From positions 4,054 to 68,053 of the forward strand of contig JBAWFC010000072.1 in the NCBI GenBank assembly GCA_049591535.1: 64,000 nt of DNA. Reading direction: 5' to 3'. Position numbers and translations under genes: made by a program. This document shows, piece by piece, positions 55,797 to 64,000 of the stretch (positions are counted from its first letter, which is position 1; each line of letters begins with the position of its first letter). The notes under the pieces were generated by a model, which saw only the letters and a program-made list of their open reading frames with translations, was not told the DNA's origin and made no database searches. The stretch is from Thermoplasmata archaeon (GTDB lineage: Archaea; Thermoplasmatota; Thermoplasmata; Lutacidiplasmatales; UBA184).

Positions 55797-58127
55797 ATGC
55801 CACGGCTCCGAGCGAAGTCGCCGGTGACCTGGGCGGTGGGCGTTACGTCGGTCCCGTTTCGTGAGGCGGGCCTCGCGCCGCTCGAGCGCACCTCGCGGGA
55901 ACGCGGCCTCGGGTTCGACGCGCGGGAACTCGAGCGGATCCGCGACTACTTCCGGCGGGAGGGCCGGGACCCCACGGACGTCGAGCTCGCGGGGCTCGCC
56001 CAAAGCTGGAGCGAGCACTGCAGTTACAAGAGTTCGCGACCGTTCCTCCGGAAGGCGTTCTCGGCGCTCCACCCTTCGTCTCGGGTCCTCGGGACCGGCG
56101 ACGCGGGGGTGATGCGGTTCGAGAAGGGGTTCGCGTACGCGCTCCGCATCGAGTCGCACAACCACCCGTCGGCCGTGGAGCCGTACGGCGGCGCCGCGAC
56201 CGGGATCGGCGGCATCCTTCGCGACGTGCTCGCGGTCGGCGCGCGACCGATCGCGCTCACCGACCCGCTGTTCTTCGGCCCGCTCGACCTGCCACCCGAC
56301 CGGCTCCCGGCCGGCGTGAAGAGTCCCCGGTACCTCGCGACCGGCGTCATCGCGGGCATCCGGGACTACGGCAACCGGGTCGGGGTCCCGACGGTCTCGG
56401 GAGGGATCTACTTCGACCCGTCGTACGTAGTGAACCCCCTCGTCAACGTCGGCTGCGTCGGATTCCTGCCGCGGTCCCGCCTGCGACCGAACCGGGCGCA
56501 CGCCGTGGGAGACCGGCTCGTCCTCGTCGGCGGGCTGACCGGTCGGGACGGGATCGGTGGAGTGGCGTTCGCGTCGAAAGAACTGAACGACCGGAGCGAA
56601 TCCGAATCGCGGGGTGCCGTGCAACTCGGTAACCCGATCATGAAGGAGCCGCTGATCCACGCGTGCCTCGAGGCGTTCGACCGAGGGCTCGTGCGAGGTC
56701 TCAAGGATCTGGGCGGGGGCGGGCTCGCCTCGGCCGCCGGGGAGCTGGTCCACGCCGGCGGGTTTGGGATGACGATCGACCTCGCGAACGTGCCGATGCG
56801 CGAGCAGGGACTCCGGCCGTGGGAGGTCTGGGTCTCGGAATCGCAGGAGCGGATGGTCCTCGACGTCAGGCCGGCGGACCTGCCGGCCGTCACGGAGATC
56901 TTCCGTCGGTTCGACGTGCCGGTCACGGACCTCGGAGCCGTGACCGCACCCCCGTTCGAGACGGTCGAATGGGCCGGCGAGCCCGCCGCTCACCTCCGCG
57001 TGGGATTCCGGGTCGCCCCCACCCCGCTGCATCGGCCGGTGCGCGCGCGTCCTCGGCGCACCCGCCCCACGCCCGGCGTTCCCTCGAAGGATCTCCGTGC
57101 GCTCGTCGAGGAGCTCGTGCTCGCACCCGACTCCGTCTCACGAGAACCGGTGATCCGGATGTACGACCACGAGGTCCAGGGGCGGACGGTCGTCAAGCCG
57201 CTGCACGGTCGGGTCACCAGCCCGTCCCACGGCGACGCAGCGGTCCTCCAGCCCCGCCCGGAAAGTCGAAGGGGACTCGCGGTCACCACCGCAGCCCAAC
57301 CGTGGGCGTGCCGAGACGACCCGCTCGGCGGCGCCACGTGGGTCGTCGAGGAAGCCGCGCGCAACCTCTACTCGGTCGGGGCACGACCGGATGCGTTCAC
57401 CAATTGCCTCAATTTCGGCAATCCCGAGGACCCGACCGTACTCGCGGACCTCGCGGCGGTGACCCGGGGCCTCGCCGCCGGCGCCCGGGGGCTCGGATTC
57501 GCCGTCCCGTCCGGCAACGTGAGCCTGTACAACGGGGGGCTCGGCGCCGCCATCCTTCCCACGCCCGTGCTGATGGCCACGGGCATCGTGGCGGACTTGG
57601 ATCACGCCACGACGTCCGACTTCAAACGGACGGGCGACGCGATCTACCTCGTCGGGGACTCGGGACCGGAGCTGGGAGGATCCCTCTGGGCCCGACGGCG
57701 GGGAGTCACGGAGATCGCGATCGCGCAGACCGACCCGGGACGCCTGCGACGGGCCGGTGAGAAGTTGCTCACGGCGATGCGGCAGGGCGCGGTCCGCGCC
57801 GCCCACGATGTCTCCGACGGAGGTCTCGCGGTCGCGTGCGCGGAGATGGCGTTCGGCGGAGGGTTGGGGTTCACCGTCGACCTGGAGCCGGTCGGCCTCG
57901 CGTCGCCGGGTCTCGCGGTCGCCGCCGAAGGCGCCTCTCGGTTCGTCGTGGAGGTGCCGGGATCGAAGGAGCGTTCGTTCCGTCGGATCCTCGCCGGGGT
58001 CCCGCGCACCCGGCTCGGTACGGTCGAGAACTCGCTCGGAACCTTCTGCTGGGGAGACCGCGCCCTCGCCGAGGTCGACCTCGATGCCCTCTACGGAGCC
58101 TGGCACACCGGGCTCGGTCTCCCCTAG
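55797..58127 (+). CDS. purL: Phosphoribosylformylglycinamidine synthase subunit PurL (FGAM synthase II)
   Basis: ELAGLAQSWSEHCSYKSS; ESHNHPSAVEPYGGAATGIGGILRD; 776 aa. Confidence 0.95.
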   Translation: MPRLRAKSPVTWAVGVTSVPFREAGLAPLERTSRERGLGFDARELERIRDYFRREGRDPTDVELAGLAQSWSEHCSYKSSRPFLRKAFSALHPSSRVLGTGDAGVMRFEKGFAYALRIESHNHPSAVEPYGGAATGIGGILRDVLAVGARPIALTDPLFFGPLDLPPDRLPAGVKSPRYLATGVIAGIRDYGNRVGVPTVSGGIYFDPSYVVNPLVNVGCVGFLPRSRLRPNRAHAVGDRLVLVGGLTGRDGIGGVAFASKELNDRSESESRGAVQLGNPIMKEPLIHACLEAFDRGLVRGLKDLGGGGLASAAGELVHAGGFGMTIDLANVPMREQGLRPWEVWVSESQERMVLDVRPADLPAVTEIFRRFDVPVTDLGAVTAPPFETVEWAGEPAAHLRVGFRVAPTPLHRPVRARPRRTRPTPGVPSKDLRALVEELVLAPDSVSREPVIRMYDHEVQGRTVVKPLHGRVTSPSHGDAAVLQPRPESRRGLAVTTAAQPWACRDDPLGGATWVVEEAARNLYSVGARPDAFTNCLNFGNPEDPTVLADLAAVTRGLAAGARGLGFAVPSGNVSLYNGGLGAAILPTPVLMATGIVADLDHATTSDFKRTGDAIYLVGDSGPELGGSLWARRRGVTEIAIAQTDPGRLRRAGEKLLTAMRQGAVRAAHDVSDGGLAVACAEMAFGGGLGFTVDLEPVGLASPGLAVAAEGASRFVVEVPGSKERSFRRILAGVPRTRLGTVENSLGTFCWGDRALAEVDLDALYGAWHTGLGLP

Positions 58128-58136
58128 CGAGCGGCG

Positions 58137-58841
58137 ATGACGGTCAGTGCGCTCGTCTCGGGCGGCAAGGATTCGATCTACTCTGCCTATCTTGCCGACA
58201 CGCAGGGGCGGACGGTGACCGAACTCGTGGTTCTCCGTCCGGACGATCCCGAGTCGATGATGTTCCACACTCCGAACCTCGAACTCGTCGAGCTGCAGGC
58301 CCGGGCGTGGGGGAAGGAGCATCGCTCGGTTCCCGTCGGGGGACGAGACGAAGCGACCGAGCTGGCGGCGTTGGAGCGGTCGATCTCTCCGGGGGATGGC
58401 TGGGTCGTTTCGGGTGCGATCGCCTCGTCCTACCAGTGGTCGCGTCTCTTGGAGGTGGCCGGACGCGCGGGCCGACCCGTGTACACTCCCCTGTGGAGGA
58501 AGGAACCCGGGCGCGTCGTCCGCGAGGAGATCGCCGCGGGCCTCGACATCCGGCTCGTCCATCTCGCCGCCGAACCGCTCGACCCCGAACTGCTCGGCCG
58601 CCGCCTCGATCGACCGCTCCTCGAGGAGCTCGAGCGTCGGAGCGCGACCGTCCGACGGACGAACGTGGCCGGCGAGGGCGGCGAGTACGAGACGGTCGTC
58701 CTCGATGCTCCGTTCTTCCGCTCCCGGATCGAGCTCGATGAGGTCGAGACGGTCGTCAGCCCGACCACGAGCCGACTCGTCGTCCACCGCGCTCACCTCG
58801 CCCGAAAGGACCCTTCGCCCGAGGGCGGGAGGAGCTCGTGA
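58137..58841 (+). CDS. dph6: Diphthine--ammonia ligase-like N-type ATP pyrophosphatase (DUF71 / MJ0570 family)
   Basis: PP-loop ALVSGGKDS; GEGGEYETVVLDAPFF. Confidence 0.8.
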   Translation: MTVSALVSGGKDSIYSAYLADTQGRTVTELVVLRPDDPESMMFHTPNLELVELQARAWGKEHRSVPVGGRDEATELAALERSISPGDGWVVSGAIASSYQWSRLLEVAGRAGRPVYTPLWRKEPGRVVREEIAAGLDIRLVHLAAEPLDPELLGRRLDRPLLEELERRSATVRRTNVAGEGGEYETVVLDAPFFRSRIELDEVETVVSPTTSRLVVHRAHLARKDPSPEGGRSS

Positions 58842-59662
58842 GCGGACCCGCGCCCCGCCGCCCGCAGTCCCGGGCGGCCCAACGGGCCCTCGGCGACGCA
58901 CGGGCGGCCCCGAATGTGCCCTGGATCGCCTCCCTTTCGGGAGCGTCAACGCGGGAACTGACGGAGCTCCTCGCCGAGATCGACGAGCTCGTTCCTGTCG
59001 AGTCGGAGATCAGGGCGGCCCACCTGGCCGCCGGGCGCCCGGGGTACGCCCAGATCCACGCGCCGTTCGACCTCTACGCACTGGTCCGGCTGGGACGGCC
59101 CGACCACATCGTCGAGGCCGGGGTGAGCAGCGGAGTTTCCTCGGCGCACTTCCTCCTCGCGCTCGCAAAGAACCGTCACGGCCGCCTTCACTCGATCGAT
59201 TGGCCGACGTTCCAAGAGGGCCCGCAGCTCGGAACGCGCGAATCCCCGGTCTCGATCCCTCCCGGCCACCGCAGCGGCTGGGCCGTCCCCGACCGCTGGA
59301 AGGCCGGCTGGGACCTGCGGATCGGGAAGAGTCAGGACCTCCTCCCGAAACTGATCGAGGAACTCCCCTCGGTCGGGATCTTCCTCCACGACGACCTGCA
59401 CACGCCCCGCCACCTTGCGTTCGAGCTCCGCACCGTTCGCCCGAAGCTCGCCCCCGGGTCGGTCGTCCTGGCGGACAACACCGTGTGGACGGGGAAGGCG
59501 TTCCCCCGGTTTGCGCGGTCGCTCGGGGTCCCGTGGTTCCGCCGCGCACGGAGCGACCTGGTCGGCCTCCGGACTCCCGAAGGGGCGCCCCGGTCCCGGG
59601 GGAGTTCGCCCTCGAAGGAGCGGCGGCGCCCCCGGCCTTATCCCCGTCGGCGCCTCTCTTGA
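58838..59662 (+). CDS. Class I SAM-dependent methyltransferase-like protein (Methyltransf_24 / CmcI-like)
   Basis: HIVEAGVSSGVSSAHFLLAL; IFLHDDLHT. The GTG start overlaps the upstream stop. Family assignment is tentative. Confidence 0.6.
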   Translation: MSGPAPRRPQSRAAQRALGDARAAPNVPWIASLSGASTRELTELLAEIDELVPVESEIRAAHLAAGRPGYAQIHAPFDLYALVRLGRPDHIVEAGVSSGVSSAHFLLALAKNRHGRLHSIDWPTFQEGPQLGTRESPVSIPPGHRSGWAVPDRWKAGWDLRIGKSQDLLPKLIEELPSVGIFLHDDLHTPRHLAFELRTVRPKLAPGSVVLADNTVWTGKAFPRFARSLGVPWFRRARSDLVGLRTPEGAPRSRGSSPSKERRRPRPYPRRRLS

Positions 59663-59666
59663 ACCG

Positions 59667-61385
<1,719 letters not shown>

Positions 61386-61414
61386 CGGACCGGGCGCTCC
61401 CCCCCTGAACGCTT

Positions 61415-62866
61415 ATGCCGAAACCCCGCGCGGAGCCCCGAGCACTCGGGGGCGCCGAGGAGTACCGATCGACGCTCGACGCGCTCTACCGTCGTCGCCG
61501 GTTCGGCCTCGAGCCCGGCCTCGAGGTGATCTCGGCGCTGCTCGGTGCGCTCGACCACCCCGAGCAGAAGTTCCCGTCGATCCACGTCACGGGCAGCAAG
61601 GGCAAGGGCTCGGTCTCCACCATGGCCCAGGCGATCCTCACCTCCCACGGCGTGCGCACGGGCCTCTACACCTCGCCGCACCTCGAGAGCTACCGCGAGC
61701 GCGTCCGGGTCGACGGGGTACCGATCTCGCCGGACGAGGTCGTCGCGGGGATCGCGAGGGTCGAGGCCGCCGCGGAGGCGCTGGAACGGTCCGGGGCGAT
61801 CGACCGCGCTCCGACGTTCTTCGAGGTGACGACCGCGCTCGCCTTCGACCGGTTCGCCCGGGCCGGGGTCGCCGCGGCGGTCGTCGAGGTCGGCATCGGG
61901 GGTCGCCTCGACGCGACGAACGTCCTCGCGAGCCGCGTGGGAGTGATCACGACCGTCGAGCTCGAGCACACCGACATCCTCGGCGATACCCTCACCGCGA
62001 TCGCGACCGAGAAGTCGGGGATCTTCCGCACCGGGATGACCGGTGTGGTCGGCGAGCTTCCCGCCGAGGCCCGCCGGGTGGTCGACTCCGAGGCGAAGCG
62101 GCTCGGGGTCCGCCTCTGGCACCTGGGCGAAGAGGTGCACGCCGACGCCCGGGAGCTCTCCGAGGACGGGCAGACGTTCGACGTCCACGTTCCCGGACGC
62201 ACCGTGGACGGCGTCGCGCTGCCGCTCTACGGCCGGTTCCAACCGGGGAACGCCGCGATGGCGGTCGCCGCGGTCGCCCGCTTCGGCGAGGCGACGGGGC
62301 TCGCGCTCGACGACCGGCGGCTCCGCGCGGCGCTCTCGAAGGTCGTGTGGCCGGGCCGCCTGCAGCGGGTCGGGCGCCGCCCCGACCTGTTCTACGACGT
62401 CGCCCACACCCCCGACAGCGCGCGGCTCCTGGCGCAGAGCCTCGGCGAGATGCTCCCGCTGGCCGACCCGACGGAGAACGCGGTCGTCTTCGGTTGCCTG
62501 CGCGGGAAGAACATCTCCCGGATCCTCGACGCGCTGGCCCCGCTCGCACGGACCCTCGTCATCGTCCCGGTCCGCTCCGAGCGCGGGGCGCCGCCGGCGG
62601 AGGTCCGGGTGCAGGCGCTCGGGCGATTCCCGCGGATCGTGATCGCCCGGTCCGCTTCCGAGGGGGTCCGCCTGGGCCGGGTGGCGACGGGCGCCGACGG
62701 CTTCACGCTCGTCGTCGGGAGCGACTACCTGATCGGCGAGCTCCTTCGGGAGGCGCACGGGGGGAACGACGAACCGGACCTCTCCGACCCCGGACGGGGG
62801 CCCCGGCCGGCGGCCGAGGGGACCGCGAAATCCGTGCCGCCTCCCGCCGCCCGGAGGCGACCGTGA
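61415..62866 (+). CDS. folC: Folylpolyglutamate synthase / dihydrofolate synthase family (Mur ligase fold)
   Basis: HVTGSKGKGSVSTMAQAIL; VVEVGIGGRLDATNV; LEHTDILGDTL. Confidence 0.88.
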   Translation: MPKPRAEPRALGGAEEYRSTLDALYRRRRFGLEPGLEVISALLGALDHPEQKFPSIHVTGSKGKGSVSTMAQAILTSHGVRTGLYTSPHLESYRERVRVDGVPISPDEVVAGIARVEAAAEALERSGAIDRAPTFFEVTTALAFDRFARAGVAAAVVEVGIGGRLDATNVLASRVGVITTVELEHTDILGDTLTAIATEKSGIFRTGMTGVVGELPAEARRVVDSEAKRLGVRLWHLGEEVHADARELSEDGQTFDVHVPGRTVDGVALPLYGRFQPGNAAMAVAAVARFGEATGLALDDRRLRAALSKVVWPGRLQRVGRRPDLFYDVAHTPDSARLLAQSLGEMLPLADPTENAVVFGCLRGKNISRILDALAPLARTLVIVPVRSERGAPPAEVRVQALGRFPRIVIARSASEGVRLGRVATGADGFTLVVGSDYLIGELLREAHGGNDEPDLSDPGRGPRPAAEGTAKSVPPPAARRRP

Positions 62867-63711
62867 CCGCGCGCGCTCCGCTCGACTGGGTGACGGTCCT
62901 CGACCGGCTCTCCGCGTTCTACCATACCGGCGACTGGCGGACGCCGTACCTCCGGGACCATGCGGAGAACCCGTTCCAGGTGCTCATCGGGACGATCCTC
63001 TCCCAGCGGACCCGGGACGAGGCGACCGACGCGGCGAGCGCGCGCCTCTTCGCGAAGTACCCGGACGCCGCCGGGCTCTCCCGCGCTCCGGCGCGTGCGA
63101 CCGAACCGCTCATCCGGGAGACCGGGTTCTACCACACGAAGGCCCGCACGATCCGCGCCTGCGCCGAGGAGGTGCTCACCCGATTCGGGGGGCTGGTGCC
63201 GAGGACGTTCGAGGAACTCACGTCCCTGCCCGGCGTCGGCCCGAAGACCGCGAACTGCGTCCTCGTCTTCGGCTACGGCATCCCGGCGATCCCGGTCGAC
63301 ACCCACGTGCACCGGATCGCGAACCGGCTCGGCGTCGTCCGCACGCGCACCCCCGAAGAGACGGAAGAGCGCCTGCGGGTCGTCCTGCCCCGCGAGTTCT
63401 GGATCCCGCTCAACCCGTTGCTCGTGCAGCACGGACAGAACGTCTGTCGACCGATCGGACCGAAATGCCCCGAATGCCCGATCGCCGACGCGTGCGCGAC
63501 CGGCCGCGCGCTCAGGGCGGGGCGGGACCCGCCGCGGGCAGCGGACCGGCCGAATCCGCGCGCTCGGTCGCGGGGAGCCAGAGCAGCACGAGGAGCGTCC
63601 CGAGCATCGCCGCCGCGAGGAACTCCCACCCGACGGAGTACGACCGGATCGAAACGACCCAGCCGAACAGGAACGAGACGACCGCGCCGCCCGTCAGCTG
63701 GATCGCGTTGA
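62863..63711 (+). CDS. nth: Endonuclease III (HhH-GPD DNA glycosylase with 4Fe-4S cluster)
   Basis: The GTG start overlaps the folC stop. FQVLIGTILSQRTRDE; LPGVGPKTANCVL; VDTHVHRIANRLG; CRPIGPKCPECPIADAC. It has a ~60-aa basic C-terminal tail. Confidence 0.88.
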   Translation: MTARAPLDWVTVLDRLSAFYHTGDWRTPYLRDHAENPFQVLIGTILSQRTRDEATDAASARLFAKYPDAAGLSRAPARATEPLIRETGFYHTKARTIRACAEEVLTRFGGLVPRTFEELTSLPGVGPKTANCVLVFGYGIPAIPVDTHVHRIANRLGVVRTRTPEETEERLRVVLPREFWIPLNPLLVQHGQNVCRPIGPKCPECPIADACATGRALRAGRDPPRAADRPNPRARSRGARAARGASRASPPRGTPTRRSTTGSKRPSRTGTRRPRRPSAGSR

Positions 63712-64000
63712 ACAGCCCGATCGCGATCGGGATCTCCTCGGGCGGTACCGCCCTCCAGAAGTGCGGGAGCACGTACATCACGGCGTAGAGGAACCCGTAG
63801 GCGAACGAGAAGACGACCCCGATCAGGAGGGCCGTCGCGAGCCCGGCCCACGGCAGGAGCGCCAGGACCGCCGCCCCGGCGACGGTGGCGGCGACGAACT
63901 GGGTCCGGTGGTTGCGGAACCGCTCGGCGACCGACCCGCCGACGGGGCCGCCGAACGTGCTCGGGAAGACGAACATCATCCCCACGACCCCCGCGAGGAG
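63512..64000 (-). CDS. MFS-type transporter, C-terminal part; the 5' end lies beyond the window
   Basis: ORF 63512..63985 plus upstream in-frame sequence. Consecutive hydrophobic helices (VAATVAGAAVLALLPWAGLATALLIGVVFSFAYGFLYAVMYV...). Confidence 0.65.
   Translation of the reverse strand, partial: LLAGVVGMMFVFPSTFGGPVGGSVAERFRNHRTQFVAATVAGAAVLALLPWAGLATALLIGVVFSFAYGFLYAVMYVLPHFWRAVPPEEIPIAIGLFNAIQLTGGAVVSFLFGWVVSIRSYSVGWEFLAAAMLGTLLVLLWLPATERADSAGPLPAAGPAPP

Overview
This is a very GC-rich archaeal chromosomal segment. Third codon positions are almost all G/C, so every real gene is shadowed by long spurious antisense or alternate-frame ORFs in the six-frame track, and I re-derived many starts by hand.

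Most of the content is housekeeping:
- Information processing: SRP54, Pth2, ATP-dependent DNA ligase, PriL, RtcB, Csl4, SHMT, endonuclease III.
- The archaeal RNA polymerase operon on the minus strand: rpoH, an unsplit rpoB, rpoA1, rpoA2, rpl30e, nusA.
- Metabolism: purS-purL, a ribB-ribL-ribC-ribH riboflavin operon, FolC, methylmalonyl-CoA mutase, and a birA / 12S / 5S / BCCP biotin carboxyltransferase cluster.
- A stand-alone 16S rRNA gene with no 23S gene or tRNA beside it.
- Two intron-containing tRNA genes.

Accessory-like content:
- A peptide-type ABC importer. Its two ATPases carry large insertions. Its 1033-aa substrate-binding protein begins with a type IV pilin-like (class III) signal peptide.
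- A 665-aa N-glycosylation-rich surface protein with a cytoplasmic C2H2 zinc-finger tail.
- A 1295-aa secreted sedolisin (S53) peptidase with multiple PKD domains and a C-terminal anchor.

The unsplit rpoB together with the orphan 16S suggests a Thermoplasmata-like lineage. That is inference only.

The most unusual observation is a tRNA-Lys(UUU) gene just upstream of rpoH. It is interrupted by two non-canonical introns, one in the D-loop and one in the T-loop, and has none at the canonical 37/38 site.

Two genes (an MFS transporter and an APH-family kinase) have conserved N-terminal coding sequence upstream of their first canonical start codon. In each case that sequence is in frame with an upstream stop codon. 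A roughly 0.9 kb convergent gap looks like a frameshifted pseudogene.

I saw no CRISPR array, transposase, integrase or recognisable defence island, and I cannot claim a new multi-gene system here.
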